A stretch of DNA of 64,000 bases from a virus (taxonomy: Duplodnaviria; Caudoviricetes). The stretch's first letter is position 1. Every line of letters begins with the position of its first letter. Below, piece after piece: positions 10,568 through 22,380 of this stretch. The notes under the pieces are model-generated. The model was not told where the DNA came from, did not search any database, and was given only the letters and a program-made list of their open reading frames with translations. Made by a program: the position numbers and the translations under genes. The stretch covers positions 96,001 to 160,000 of IMG/VR virus record IMGVR_UViG_3300010167_000010; one strand, 5' to 3'.

Positions 10568-11194
10568 TTATAAAATAAAGTATGTTCCATCATACTTTTT
10601 ATTTCCGAAAATTAATTTGTCATCAATTTCTTTATCAAATTTTATTTTAGTATTTGTCCAAGCTTTTGGCTGTCTATCAGCATATTGATTTATAGTCATT
10701 CTTTCAGCATCAGCTTTTCTTTTATTAAAATTTTCATCAGTTTCATCATCATTTTTTTCAATAGATACAATATTCACAAATTGGGGGTTTGCATTTAATT
10801 GTTGAGCTTTAAGAATATCACCAGTTAAATCTTCTGGGTTTATATCTATAGAAATATCATTTATTTTTGTATTGAGAACATCAATAAATTGAATAATATT
10901 ATTTTTTCCTAATGTTTCTCGTAGTTCATTAAATATAGTTCTATCTTGACCTGATAATTCAGTTCCTATTGCATTATTAAATCTATTTGTAAAACCACCT
11001 ACAGAATCTATAGCATTTTTTATTTGTTCATATAAATAATTAAACATTTCTACAGGCATTGGGGCTATTTCTAATAATTCTTCATTAAAAGCACGAATTC
11101 CACCAAGTCTAGGATTTTCTTCTACAGATTCTCCTAAAACTTGTCTTTGTAATTCATCCCTTAATTCTATTAAATCATCTCTTGTTAACGGCAT
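10568..11194 (-). CDS. hypothetical virion protein
   Basis: 208 aa; AGGAG RBS; late-type motif upstream. Confidence 0.6.
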   Translation of the reverse strand: MPLTRDDLIELRDELQRQVLGESVEENPRLGGIRAFNEELLEIAPMPVEMFNYLYEQIKNAIDSVGGFTNRFNNAIGTELSGQDRTIFNELRETLGKNNIIQFIDVLNTKINDISIDINPEDLTGDILKAQQLNANPQFVNIVSIEKNDDETDENFNKRKADAERMTINQYADRQPKAWTNTKIKFDKEIDDKLIFGNKKYDGTYFIL

Positions 11195-11216
11195 TTTTAA
11201 TCTCCTATTATTTAGT

Positions 11217-14200
11217 TTATCTAAATTTTTTAAATTTAAATCTCATATGAACAGGTAAACTTGCTCTAAAACCAATACCCGTTGGATTTTGATTATTTGC
11301 TGGAGTTGTATGAAAATCTCCAAGAATACCTTCGTAAGAACCATCATTAGGTCTTCTTGGTCCCTCTGATCTATGACGAATTAAAATTCCAGGTTCTGTA
11401 AAAAAATCTGTTTCAGTATCAGATGAAAGATATATGTTTAAATTACGTTTAATACCAGTCCAACCTTCTTCACTATCAAATTGACCTGCAAACATTTCTC
11501 CTAATTCTCTATTAGTAATAGGTAATTCAATATTAGCTGCAATTGCAGCTAATCTTATATTTTCAAATGTAATGATATTTAAACCACCATTATGTAAAAG
11601 ATTAAAATCCCATAAATCAGGTTCTATTTCAATTTCATTCCAAATAGCAATTAAGTTTATATCTTCCATAACAGTAATTGGCCAAGAAACTACGCCACCA
11701 CTTACATATTCCCAATGACTAAACTCATATGTAAATTCTTCAGTTGCAACTTTAGTTAATTCTATTGTTGGTGCTTCTAAAGAGGTACCTTCTTTTTTCG
11801 ATTCTAAATTTATAAGTGGTATACCACCATTTGTATCATAAGTTATTGTAAATATTACTTCATTAAAATCAGCTGTTAGAATAATATTTTTTGTAATTGG
11901 AGTACTAAAATCAAATTCTTCATTATTTTCGTTTAACCATTTTATAAATGTATAACCAATTATTTTTGGATTTTGGGGAATATCATCTAAAACTTCCCCA
12001 TGTAAAACTTCTCTAATAATATTAGTTTGGCCATGTCCAATTTCAAATGTAATTGTATGTGGTATTGGTAACCATTTAGCTACTAAAACTAGATTATTTA
12101 ATACTATCCCAGGAATATATTCTTCACTATTTAATTCCCAATAAACGAAATCAAAGCCATCTCTTGTAATAGTTGGTAATTCTATTTGAACTCCAGAATT
12201 AAAAGTTCTAATTAAGTTTCCATTATCATTCGGCCAATTAGGTATTGTTGTTGTAACATGAGTATTTCTTAATTCTACTATAAATGGAATTGGTAACCAT
12301 TTAGCATATACTATTATATTTTTTTCGACATAAACTTCATCAAATTTATTACTAAATGTGTTATTATCTTTATACCAACCATCAAAATAGAAATGTTCTT
12401 TAGTTAAACCTTGACCATTACTTAAACTAAAGATATTATTACTTGGTCTAATTCCAGTAATAATTATAGTTCCATTATTATTATCAATTGTCCAATTTGG
12501 ATTATTTCCATTTTCATATATTGCACCATTTAAGTGATATGTTACTGTAAAAGAAATTTCTACCCATTTAGCTGTTAATTCAGTATGGGTAGTAATTGTT
12601 CTATTTTCTTCACTTACTAAAGAGCTATTTAAAAGCCAACCATCAAAGGTATAATCATTTTTAATTGGTGTTGGTAAATTATTTATATTTAATAAATTAT
12701 TACTAACAGGTATTCTTAATGGATCATTATTTGTTAAAATTCCACCGTCTGTATTAAAAGAAACTTCATAAAAGAAACTTACGTTAGGAAAAATAAACTT
12801 TGGAATACTTTCTCTTTCATTTTCATCAATAAGAATAAATTCTAAACTCTCATTAGTAGTAAATGTTTGAGATAAATTAGGGTGAACATTAAATTCTAAA
12901 CTTGGTCCACCAGCTATTCTCATATTAGTTACTTTAAAAGAACCTTCATTAAAATATATTTCTATATTACTTATTGTAAATGAATCTCCTTGTTTTACTT
13001 CTTGAGGGTTTACATTAAAAATAATATCATATATGTCTGGTAATTTATAAGGATTAAATATTCCAGGATTTACTTCTATAGATCTAAAAGTTCCATCAAT
13101 GTTTGTTGCAGTAATTATAAATGGAGTATTATCTGTTATAGTTTTAGGTGATGTAAAAGTAATCGTTCCTTGAAAACCTTCTGTATAATTTATATTATTA
13201 AAAGGAATATTTTCACCATTATGTGTAATAGCTACTGATTGTAAATTTAAACCACCTTTATATATTTGAGCGTCAATCCCAGTAACTTGATAACTTAAAG
13301 TATCATGAAGTATATCTGGAAGTCCTAATAATTTTTTAGCACCAAAATGAGGTGGTATAATTGAATCATAAAATATCATATTAAATATATCTGAAAATGG
13401 TACATTATCAAATATAATACCTTGGCGGGCACCACCAACTGTATGTAAAGTTTTTACGAACTCGCCATCTTCTATAGGAGAAGTAAATGTACCTGCTGGG
13501 AAATTATGTGTATGATCACATCTAGCTGCTGTTGTTGAAGTTCCGTTTATTCCACCTGAAATTCCTAATTCTAAATGATGACCGTGATTTCTTATTTCAG
13601 AAATATCATGATCATGTATTTCGGGAGCTGCACCAACTTCTGAATATGTATAAGTTGGTTTTTCTATTGCTTTTGCCCAAGGGTGTACGTCTGAAGCTTC
13701 TCTTTTATCTATTAAACGATAGTCTCCTTCTTCAATATAATCACCGATTGGTTGATAACCGTGGACATGATCTACACGTGAAGCTTGAATAGCGTCTGGA
13801 ACATTTCCTGAATAATTTATTTTTGCCCAATCACTAACATCAGCTGCATTTCTAGCATTAGTAAGTCTATAATCGTTTTCTTCAATATAATTTCCAGCAG
13901 GTTGATAACCGTGAGTATGCCCTAATGGGGAGGCGCCAATATCAGCAGGTGTTAAAGCACCAGAAATTAAATTAGTAATATGACCTTCATCTGAAACTGT
14001 AATACCTTTATAAATAATACCCGAATTTAATTGAGAATTATTTAATAATCCAGTAACGTGTTGATATTCAGCTGGGAGTTGATCTGCTGTTAAATATTGA
14101 TCGTGAGTATGACCTGTTAATGCATATTGGTCATGGGCGTGTCCTGATAAAGCATATTGAGTATGTTCGTGACTAATAGGTGCAAATACATTACCAGATA

Positions 14201-15713
14201 CTGAAATAACATCTCCACTAATTATAATATTTTCACCTGGAGTATATGTAGTATTAGTATAAGTTGAATCTAATGTTCCATCATTTAAAGTTAAATTATT
14301 TCCTAGAATAAAAGCTCCGCTTATACCATCAATAGTTGTAACACTATTTGGGGAGCTCATATCAGTAACGTTTATTTCTCCTGTTGAAGTTATTGATAAA
14401 TTATTTCCAAGAGTTAAAGCCCCGCTTAATCCACTAATTGTAGTTGTATGATTTATAGCCCAAGCATCTTTTTCTGCCTGGGTAACGTGAAGCTCACCAA
14501 CACCATGTATAAATGTCATATCAGGTACTTGTATTTGTCCTTCAGGTGTAATAGAAATTTTACCGCTTAAAGTTAATGCTCCACTTAATCCACTTATTGT
14601 TGTAACATAATTAGGAGTTTCCATATTTGCTACATTAATAGTATTACCACTAAGAGATATATTTGATCCTAAAGTAAATGCACCGCTAATACCACCAATT
14701 GTTGTAGTATAATTTTTAGCCCATTCAATTTTTTCTTCTGCAGATACGTGATAACCAGATGGATGAGAAAAATTTTCTAAAATATCTAATTTATTCTTAT
14801 CTTCTGAGCTCATAAATCCGCTAATTGTAGGAGTAACAAGACCATGTGAATGCACAGCACTAATAGTTGTCCCACTAATTTGAATGTTTATCCCAGAAAT
14901 TAATCTATCTTGTTTATTATTCCAAGTATCTCTTTCCCCTGATGTTAAATGTGTTGTATCACCAACATGTTCTATTGGAGCAAATGGGTGCCCGTGTTGA
15001 TATTCAGGATGCTCATGTGGCAATGGTTGCCTTGCATTTTCAAGTCTTTCATCGCCTTCTCTAATTAAATCATCTGGTAAACTTGGTAATGCATGCATAT
15101 GATCGCTTTTAGCTGCTGTCAATAAAATACCATTTTGAACATCTTGTCCAAATTGTGGTGCAGTTTGATTACTTAAATCAGCTACATTAGCTCCACCATG
15201 ACCACCTTCACATTTATTATCATCTATATATTGTTTTATATTTATTGTTGAGCCATCAGAAATTGGCATTTCTGCACCATGATTCCAGTGATTTCTTTCA
15301 TCATAATGTGTAAGAAAACCAGACACTATCTGAGCATTAATAACTGCTATATGTGCTTGTTCATCTGTTAAGTGAGTATTTAGTACACCACTAATACTAG
15401 ATATTGAAGCTGTATTTCCTGATATTAGTCCTCTAATTGCTGTATCATCGTAACCTGCTACACCCTCTGGGAGATATGGAACACAATTAATATCTTGGAA
15501 CCCACCTGCAAATATATATTCAGTTGGTTGCATTGAGCCATTTATACCATCTCTGACAGTAAATTTAAGACCTATATATCTTTGTCCTACAGGTAATTGT
15601 TGCAATGCAAATGTTAAATTACCTGCAAAATATGTTTTTGAATCTAAAGGAGTTCTACTTTGTGTAAAAAAGTTTCCCATCCCAACATTATTTGAACTAT
15701 CATGTATACTCAT
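11217..15713 (-). CDS. long tail fibre with HxH repeats and C-terminal Listeria-Bacteroides (Flg_new/InlB B-repeat) domains
   Basis: Many HxH motifs, TTISGLSGALTL repeats, several V.F..GG...P....Y.F.GW...L.AKW repeats. Confidence 0.75.
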   Translation of the reverse strand: MSIHDSSNNVGMGNFFTQSRTPLDSKTYFAGNLTFALQQLPVGQRYIGLKFTVRDGINGSMQPTEYIFAGGFQDINCVPYLPEGVAGYDDTAIRGLISGNTASISSISGVLNTHLTDEQAHIAVINAQIVSGFLTHYDERNHWNHGAEMPISDGSTINIKQYIDDNKCEGGHGGANVADLSNQTAPQFGQDVQNGILLTAAKSDHMHALPSLPDDLIREGDERLENARQPLPHEHPEYQHGHPFAPIEHVGDTTHLTSGERDTWNNKQDRLISGINIQISGTTISAVHSHGLVTPTISGFMSSEDKNKLDILENFSHPSGYHVSAEEKIEWAKNYTTTIGGISGAFTLGSNISLSGNTINVANMETPNYVTTISGLSGALTLSGKISITPEGQIQVPDMTFIHGVGELHVTQAEKDAWAINHTTTISGLSGALTLGNNLSITSTGEINVTDMSSPNSVTTIDGISGAFILGNNLTLNDGTLDSTYTNTTYTPGENIIISGDVISVSGNVFAPISHEHTQYALSGHAHDQYALTGHTHDQYLTADQLPAEYQHVTGLLNNSQLNSGIIYKGITVSDEGHITNLISGALTPADIGASPLGHTHGYQPAGNYIEENDYRLTNARNAADVSDWAKINYSGNVPDAIQASRVDHVHGYQPIGDYIEEGDYRLIDKREASDVHPWAKAIEKPTYTYSEVGAAPEIHDHDISEIRNHGHHLELGISGGINGTSTTAARCDHTHNFPAGTFTSPIEDGEFVKTLHTVGGARQGIIFDNVPFSDIFNMIFYDSIIPPHFGAKKLLGLPDILHDTLSYQVTGIDAQIYKGGLNLQSVAITHNGENIPFNNINYTEGFQGTITFTSPKTITDNTPFIITATNIDGTFRSIEVNPGIFNPYKLPDIYDIIFNVNPQEVKQGDSFTISNIEIYFNEGSFKVTNMRIAGGPSLEFNVHPNLSQTFTTNESLEFILIDENERESIPKFIFPNVSFFYEVSFNTDGGILTNNDPLRIPVSNNLLNINNLPTPIKNDYTFDGWLLNSSLVSEENRTITTHTELTAKWVEISFTVTYHLNGAIYENGNNPNWTIDNNNGTIIITGIRPSNNIFSLSNGQGLTKEHFYFDGWYKDNNTFSNKFDEVYVEKNIIVYAKWLPIPFIVELRNTHVTTTIPNWPNDNGNLIRTFNSGVQIELPTITRDGFDFVYWELNSEEYIPGIVLNNLVLVAKWLPIPHTITFEIGHGQTNIIREVLHGEVLDDIPQNPKIIGYTFIKWLNENNEEFDFSTPITKNIILTADFNEVIFTITYDTNGGIPLINLESKKEGTSLEAPTIELTKVATEEFTYEFSHWEYVSGGVVSWPITVMEDINLIAIWNEIEIEPDLWDFNLLHNGGLNIITFENIRLAAIAANIELPITNRELGEMFAGQFDSEEGWTGIKRNLNIYLSSDTETDFFTEPGILIRHRSEGPRRPNDGSYEGILGDFHTTPANNQNPTGIGFRASLPVHMRFKFKKFR
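14095..14172 (-). repeat. 30-bp coding tandem repeat (HxHxQYALxG x3)
   Basis: HEHTQYALSG HAHDQYALTG HTHDQY in translation. Confidence 0.7.
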
Positions 15714-15722
15714 TTATTTCTC

Positions 15723-17405
15723 CTATAAATTTGGAAACACTATTGTAAAATTAGCAGATCCAGCTGTTCCACCAGTATTTTGTACCCTTAAACTATAAGT
15801 AATATCATCAATAATTTCATTTCGTTGATGAATAAAAGAACCAGCAACGTCTGCATTCATAGAATTTCTAATTTCCATTGGTCCAATATCAATAGGTATT
15901 AAAATTGCTGGCCAATTAAATTCAAATGGAACATTCCATGCTACAGGTTGAGTTCTTTCTGCTTTTACTTTGGTAAAATTAGTTATATTAAAATTATTAA
16001 TATTCATTGGTTCAGGTTCTCCAAAATCATTTTCTGCACCCTCTATTGCTCCCCAATAAAAGAACTTATCATCAATAATTTCTTCTAAATCAGCTATTAA
16101 AATAATATCTTCTTTTATAGGTGTATCAAAATCGAACTCTTCATCATCTTCATTTAACCAACCTTTAAAAGTATATCCATCAACAACTGGATCAACAGGC
16201 TTAGTTACTGTTTCATTCCAATTTACTGTTTCAACAATATGCTCAGCATCATTTATTTTAAAAGTTACAGTAAATGTATCAATATTAAATTTTGAAATAA
16301 TGGTTTCATTTTGAGTAATTATTGAAGTAAAATCGAAATCCCATGCATCAAATGTATGACCTTCTCTTATTGGATTATCTGTAGGAGGTGTTATATTTCC
16401 ACCATCAGCAACCTCTGTTATATAAAAATCTGTTCCATTATAATTTAAGAATCTAATTGTATGAGTTATTTGTTCATAAACAGCTTTAATTGTAATATCT
16501 TCTTGTGCAGATAACGGCCAATTTATTATATTATTATTTTCATTATTTATCCAATGTAAAAAATTAAATCCAGGTTTTATTGGATCAACTGGCTTTTCAA
16601 AATCAGTACCTTTAATTGCTTTAAAGTTTCTTATAATATTATCTTCATGATCTAAAAGAGTTAAAGTAATAAATACTAAATCTGTATCCCAAAATAAATC
16701 ACTTAAAACACCATTTGAATCAACTGTAGCTTTAAGAACATAAGTAACATCTTCACCAGTTGATGGAAGTGTTCTAGGATCTTGTATGTTTCTTCCAAAT
16801 AAACTGATAGTATTGCTTTCTGCTGGAGCAATAGAAGTATTTCCCAATGTAGAAATACCAGCTACTGTTAAATTATCTCTTAACGTTGTTGCACCAGTTA
16901 CATCTAAAGTTTGAGTAACTCCTAAAGTACCATTTATATTTGTTGAATTGTTAACTGTTAAAGTACCATTAATAACTACTGCACCTTCAGCTGTTAAAGT
17001 TCCTCGTAATAAAGTTACACCGCTAACAGTTAATTGCTGTATAGTTGTTGCAGCAATTTTATTTAATGGAATATTCCATTCTTCTTCTCTTCCATTAGTT
17101 CTTCTTAGAGTAAAAGATTCTAAATAATCATCTCCAATATAATTAGGAATTAATTCAAAATCCCAACCAATTTGGACTTTTTGTGTCATTGCTCCAGATC
17201 TATTTTCTAGAAGCCATGTATCATTATTAGCTCTATCGTATCTTATTTCGTAATCTGACAAAATAGTTTCTAAATTAAGTTTATCGCCATCGAATAATCG
17301 CAATATCGGTTCAGATAATCTATCAGGTTTAGTATATAATTCAAATTGTAAATCTTCAATTACAGCTACGTGATTACGATTAGCTTCTGTTATTCTATAA
17401 CTCAT
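15723..17405 (-). CDS. structural protein with Flg_new/InlB B-repeats
   Basis: Three KP.DP...G..F.GW repeats; beta-helix-like V.G.T.L segment. Confidence 0.7.
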   Translation of the reverse strand: MSYRITEANRNHVAVIEDLQFELYTKPDRLSEPILRLFDGDKLNLETILSDYEIRYDRANNDTWLLENRSGAMTQKVQIGWDFELIPNYIGDDYLESFTLRRTNGREEEWNIPLNKIAATTIQQLTVSGVTLLRGTLTAEGAVVINGTLTVNNSTNINGTLGVTQTLDVTGATTLRDNLTVAGISTLGNTSIAPAESNTISLFGRNIQDPRTLPSTGEDVTYVLKATVDSNGVLSDLFWDTDLVFITLTLLDHEDNIIRNFKAIKGTDFEKPVDPIKPGFNFLHWINNENNNIINWPLSAQEDITIKAVYEQITHTIRFLNYNGTDFYITEVADGGNITPPTDNPIREGHTFDAWDFDFTSIITQNETIISKFNIDTFTVTFKINDAEHIVETVNWNETVTKPVDPVVDGYTFKGWLNEDDEEFDFDTPIKEDIILIADLEEIIDDKFFYWGAIEGAENDFGEPEPMNINNFNITNFTKVKAERTQPVAWNVPFEFNWPAILIPIDIGPMEIRNSMNADVAGSFIHQRNEIIDDITYSLRVQNTGGTAGSANFTIVFPNL

Positions 17406-17416
17406 CTATTTACTCC

Positions 17417-20400
17417 TTATATTTCCTTTGTAGTAACATTTATAATTACATTGTTGTATGGCATTTCAAAAGTAAATCTTGTTGCACCATTTTGATGATG
17501 AACTAATCTAACATTTGGTAATTTATCTATTTGTTTTGCTGTTTTATCGCTTGCCATAAATCCATTAGTAAAGTTAAGTTGTACAGATATAGTATCATCA
17601 GCTCTCCACATTGCAGGTGTGCTAACGTTAACACCTAAAGAGTGTTCGTCTTCACTCGTAATGAAAGTTAACCAATACTCATTTCTAAATACTCTAAACT
17701 CTTGTGTCAATATTAAAGATGGTCCTTGTCGAGCATCAAGTTTATCAACTAATAAATTACTTACAGAAGTAAATCTTATAGTAAGTATCTCATAATCAGT
17801 TCCAATTGGTATTGGTTTATCACTTATTACTAATCTACCAGTTTCTTCACCTATAGTTGCCCTTTCTTTATCATCTGAAATAATTTCCCATTTTCCTCTA
17901 ATATCTGTTAATCCTGTTGGATTAAAAATGTTACCTTCATTATCAAACCAAGTAATTCCTAAATTATAACCATTACTTGTTCTAACTGGATGATTATTTA
18001 TTTCACCATTATATAAATGTACATAAACTTCAATTGGTAATCGTACTACTTTAGTTGGATCAAATGTTGGTGTAAATACTAATGTTGATGAGCCTATACT
18101 TAATGCAGTTATAATTGCTTTATCTAAAGAATTAGCTACTGCTGGTTCTACTGAAAAAGTATTTCCATCAACAGACCAAGTTCCTGTTCTATCAGCTGTA
18201 TAACTATTTCCCCAATTTATATGAGCTTCATATTCTTCATTTCTAGAAGGTGTTTTATGAATAAAATCTTCTATTCCTCTTCTATTAGCAATTACTTGAC
18301 CTTCAATTAAAAGTTCTTTTATTTCTCTTAATACTAATACATTTACAATTTTTGATAAACCTGATGCAGTTTGAATTGTAAATCTAGCGGTATCACCATC
18401 TTTTGGTTCTTCTATTACTCTAATTCTACCCCAACTGTTTATACCTTGGGTTGAACCAATAACTTCAATATTAGGAGTACAGTCTATAATAGTAATAGGA
18501 TCATTAACACCTAATGGTTCAATTATAAATTCTATAGTATTATTCATTCTTTCATCTTCAAACCATACTAAGTTTTTAGTATCTGTTATTGGATGATTGT
18601 TTATTTTATAGTCTAAAACAAATATTTTATGATAATAAGATGGCTCAATATGAAGTATTGCAATATTCCCATTCATAACTTCTGGTAATCTTCTAGCAAA
18701 AAACTTCCAAGCAAATGAATTTGCTAATTGTTCCATTCCAATTGAGTTGGTCATTTTCCAAATAAAATATCCAATTTGAGTTGTATTATTACTATACATA
18801 AATATTTCAAGTTTTATTTCTTCATAATATGCTTGATATAAAACACCATTAAAACCTGTCGTATTTGTAACATAACCAGATGGAATACTTGGATGCATTT
18901 GAACTTCAATCATTTGTCTAGCTGGTCTAAAATCTAAAATTAAATCTTCACCTGTTAAATTCATACCTTCTGGATTAAAAAACTTATGTTCACCAATTAA
19001 ACCATAATCTAAGATACGAGAAGGATTAGATTTTTCATAAAGTATCCAACCTCTTCCATCATCAGGGTTTCTCCAACCAGAATCTCTACCAATAACACCA
19101 TCACCATTCATAAATTGCGATCTAATTTGTACAACACCATTAGCATTAGAATAAGAATAAATTTCACCAGTTTTTCTACCAAGTGCATCTACTGCCTTAT
19201 CTCTTCTAATATTATCATATAATAAACCTTCAATATTTCCGACAATAATTCTATAACCTGAAATATGATTACAAGCTACTTTTGGGATTACATAATTTAC
19301 TATAAAACCATCTGGTCCTAATTCTTCTGTCCCAATTACATCAACTACTGTTCTCATATTTGGAATAAAATTAATGCTTGATTCGTCAAACTTAGTTAAA
19401 TCGTCTGCATTAAATTTAATATTTCCAATTTCCCAAGGATATACAATATCAATCTGATCAAAATAGAATGTATATTTTCTATTTGGTACTACGTTTTTAA
19501 ATGTAATTTTTGATGGAGCATGTATAACAAATTTATAAACTGAAAAACCAGGTTCTAATTCTATTTCAGTATCACCCCTAACATTATTAAATTCTTTAAG
19601 AGGCATTGCCATTCCAGTTGTTATAAGCGCATCAATTTCTGGTCTATTATAAGTTTCTTCTTTATTATATACTTCATCTTTTGTATATACATCTTCTTTA
19701 TCAGCTTTTTCATCTAATAAATCATCTGTTTCTTCTCGAGTATAATAATTTTCTAAAGTATCATCAATTTCATCTTTAGTATAATAATTTTCATCAAGAT
19801 AACCGCTTATACTTTCTACTTTATTATCTACTTCATTAATTAAACCTGATAACCAAAGATCACCTGAAACTCTGTTATTTTCTAATTCAAATGCTCTTTC
19901 AACCATTATAGTATGTAATCCAGAAATTCTTAAAGTATTATTAAATACTTCTCCTGAAACTACTTCTAATTCACCAGAAATAGTATGAACTATTTCAAAA
20001 GCTTTTTCATTAGTTATTTCACCAGAAATTAAATATCGTTCATCAATCTCTTGATTATAAACTTTTATTTCTTCGGCTTCAAGATCAATATTTTCAGCTT
20101 CAATTTTAATATCTTCTTCAATTTTAATATCTAATTCTTTAGTTCTAATATCGAAAGTTTCTGTTTCTAAATCTATTTTTTCTTTTGCTTCTACTTGGAA
20201 ACTTTTTGCAAATACAATTTCATCATTTCCAATATTTGTAGTTCTATCATTTTTAATTGTAGTTACAACATTACCACTAACAAAATTATTTTCATTTTCT
20301 AAAATATAAGTAATTTTATTTTTAATAAATGTATCTAATATACCATTTTCAGCTCTGTTATAAATATTACCGCTAGCATTTAAAAAATAATCTTTTGCAT

Positions 20401-22360
20401 TTTGCGTCCAATTAAAACCAGGAGCTTCGGCAACTACATCTGAATATTTTATCCAGTTTATAGTAAGCTTAATATCACTTAAGCTGCTTACTGTATGGCC
20501 TTTTACTATAATCTTATCGAATAATTCAAATGTTGGACCAGGCCAATACCATTCAAATTTACCATCAGTTACAGTTGCTGATGGTGCTACAAGACCTTTG
20601 TCTGTTCCGAAGAACACTGGGTTATTATTTGTTGCTACATGTCCAATTTCTAATCTGAAATCAAACGGAATTTTTTGATCATTAAGTAATTCAGTTACTC
20701 TTAAACCAATATTTTCTACAATTGGTTGATCAATATTTATATTATTTTTATTTCCAACATCAATTACAAATTGACCTCTATTTTCTTCAGGAATTTCTTG
20801 TTGGATTAAAGATGGTATTATAGTATTTCTAAATACATCCCATCTGCGAGTATCATTTGCATTAGCACCATTTACTTTTGGTTCTAATAAATCTGCTAAT
20901 TTTAATTTTAAATCTGTCTGTTTATTTATATCACCTACAATGTGTCCCCATTCTGTAGTTAAACTTTTTAATGCTTGAGAAATTGGTACACCATTATAAA
21001 GTGGTTCACCTTCAACTGGACCAATTAAGTTTACTGGAAGTGCTCTTGTTGGATCACCAATGTTAACTGATGTAACTGGTTTGAAGAGTAAATATATTCT
21101 GACATTATGTAATAAAGCTGTTCGAGTAATATCATCTAAATGTAAAGTTATTCTATTAAATCTTTGACCAGAAAGTTTCCAAAGAATTGTTGAAGTTGAA
21201 GACCATTTTTCTGATCTTTGACCTTGATCTGTTTCTAACCAAACAAAAGTTTGTTGAGTATTTAAACTTCCAATTTCTATCTGTACAGCTTCAATTTCAT
21301 TATGACCATCTGTTAAAGCATCAAAATGTGTTCCAAGATTAGTTGCTAATACTCCACCTTCTTGTAAAGAAATATTATTTGTTGAAAATGCTAATCTATT
21401 TCCTTCTGAACCTTTTTCTACTTGTTCAAATGCTTTTACATACTCACCTTGAGATACTACATATCTATCTGTTCCTTGTGGAAATGGCTTTATTGCTTCT
21501 GTAGTAATATTCCATTTTTCTCTTTCTTCAGGAGTAACATGAACTGATACTGGAGCTCCAATATCTCTAATATGTTCATCTAAACTCTCTGCTGTCTTTT
21601 CTGATAATTCTATATTTTCATTCCAAGCTTTTCTTTCTGAACCATCGCCTTTTAGGTGAAATTGTGTATCATTTACGTGATCATTAAACACTGGGAAAGT
21701 TACATAAGCTCTTAAATCGGGAGCATCAATTTCTACCCAAGTTTCATGCGGAGTTGGTGTTTGCTTCATATCCCAAATCCAATATGTTGCAGTATTATTT
21801 ATTCCTTCTTGACCAGGTTTTGGTTCTACTAAATAAAATCTTTCAACTACACCACCATCAGGAAAAGTTAAATTTAAAACTCTTTCTGCAGTTGTTGCCC
21901 ATGCATTAGTATCTGGATCTTTAATCCATCTAACATATGTAAACATTCTGTCTTGGTTATCTGCAATTTTTTGTTGAATCAATTCATATATTTCTATTTT
22001 AGAATATGTGTCAATAATTTCTGGTGTAATTTGAAGTTTAATTGCGCCATCACTATTTGGTAATTGCAATGGTCTATCATTTACTGCTATGGCTTGAATA
22101 CCATTAGCTTCTCCGTCTGGAATTTCCATCCAACCTGTCCATCGTGCAACACCATGAATATCTTTTACTAATCGTTTTTCGTATATTTTACCTTCTTCTT
22201 CTGTAGCTCTGAATACTTGTCGACCAGCATCAAAATCGTATTTCCAAGATTGAAAGATTCCGTTTTTAGCTTGAGGAAAATCGTTTAATTTACCTTCTCT
22301 ATAAAAAATTGTACCGTTAGTCTGTTTTTCAAAAACATCTGTAGGATATATTTTAGCCAT
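17417..22360 (-). CDS. large tail fibre/structural protein
   Basis: 1647 aa; HVTPEEREKWN and YYTKDEID-type repeats; Ig-like C-terminal region. Confidence 0.65.
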   Translation of the reverse strand: MAKIYPTDVFEKQTNGTIFYREGKLNDFPQAKNGIFQSWKYDFDAGRQVFRATEEEGKIYEKRLVKDIHGVARWTGWMEIPDGEANGIQAIAVNDRPLQLPNSDGAIKLQITPEIIDTYSKIEIYELIQQKIADNQDRMFTYVRWIKDPDTNAWATTAERVLNLTFPDGGVVERFYLVEPKPGQEGINNTATYWIWDMKQTPTPHETWVEIDAPDLRAYVTFPVFNDHVNDTQFHLKGDGSERKAWNENIELSEKTAESLDEHIRDIGAPVSVHVTPEEREKWNITTEAIKPFPQGTDRYVVSQGEYVKAFEQVEKGSEGNRLAFSTNNISLQEGGVLATNLGTHFDALTDGHNEIEAVQIEIGSLNTQQTFVWLETDQGQRSEKWSSTSTILWKLSGQRFNRITLHLDDITRTALLHNVRIYLLFKPVTSVNIGDPTRALPVNLIGPVEGEPLYNGVPISQALKSLTTEWGHIVGDINKQTDLKLKLADLLEPKVNGANANDTRRWDVFRNTIIPSLIQQEIPEENRGQFVIDVGNKNNINIDQPIVENIGLRVTELLNDQKIPFDFRLEIGHVATNNNPVFFGTDKGLVAPSATVTDGKFEWYWPGPTFELFDKIIVKGHTVSSLSDIKLTINWIKYSDVVAEAPGFNWTQNAKDYFLNASGNIYNRAENGILDTFIKNKITYILENENNFVSGNVVTTIKNDRTTNIGNDEIVFAKSFQVEAKEKIDLETETFDIRTKELDIKIEEDIKIEAENIDLEAEEIKVYNQEIDERYLISGEITNEKAFEIVHTISGELEVVSGEVFNNTLRISGLHTIMVERAFELENNRVSGDLWLSGLINEVDNKVESISGYLDENYYTKDEIDDTLENYYTREETDDLLDEKADKEDVYTKDEVYNKEETYNRPEIDALITTGMAMPLKEFNNVRGDTEIELEPGFSVYKFVIHAPSKITFKNVVPNRKYTFYFDQIDIVYPWEIGNIKFNADDLTKFDESSINFIPNMRTVVDVIGTEELGPDGFIVNYVIPKVACNHISGYRIIVGNIEGLLYDNIRRDKAVDALGRKTGEIYSYSNANGVVQIRSQFMNGDGVIGRDSGWRNPDDGRGWILYEKSNPSRILDYGLIGEHKFFNPEGMNLTGEDLILDFRPARQMIEVQMHPSIPSGYVTNTTGFNGVLYQAYYEEIKLEIFMYSNNTTQIGYFIWKMTNSIGMEQLANSFAWKFFARRLPEVMNGNIAILHIEPSYYHKIFVLDYKINNHPITDTKNLVWFEDERMNNTIEFIIEPLGVNDPITIIDCTPNIEVIGSTQGINSWGRIRVIEEPKDGDTARFTIQTASGLSKIVNVLVLREIKELLIEGQVIANRRGIEDFIHKTPSRNEEYEAHINWGNSYTADRTGTWSVDGNTFSVEPAVANSLDKAIITALSIGSSTLVFTPTFDPTKVVRLPIEVYVHLYNGEINNHPVRTSNGYNLGITWFDNEGNIFNPTGLTDIRGKWEIISDDKERATIGEETGRLVISDKPIPIGTDYEILTIRFTSVSNLLVDKLDARQGPSLILTQEFRVFRNEYWLTFITSEDEHSLGVNVSTPAMWRADDTISVQLNFTNGFMASDKTAKQIDKLPNVRLVHHQNGATRFTFEMPYNNVIINVTTKEI

Positions 22361-22380
22361 TAGACATCTCCTATTTTTAT

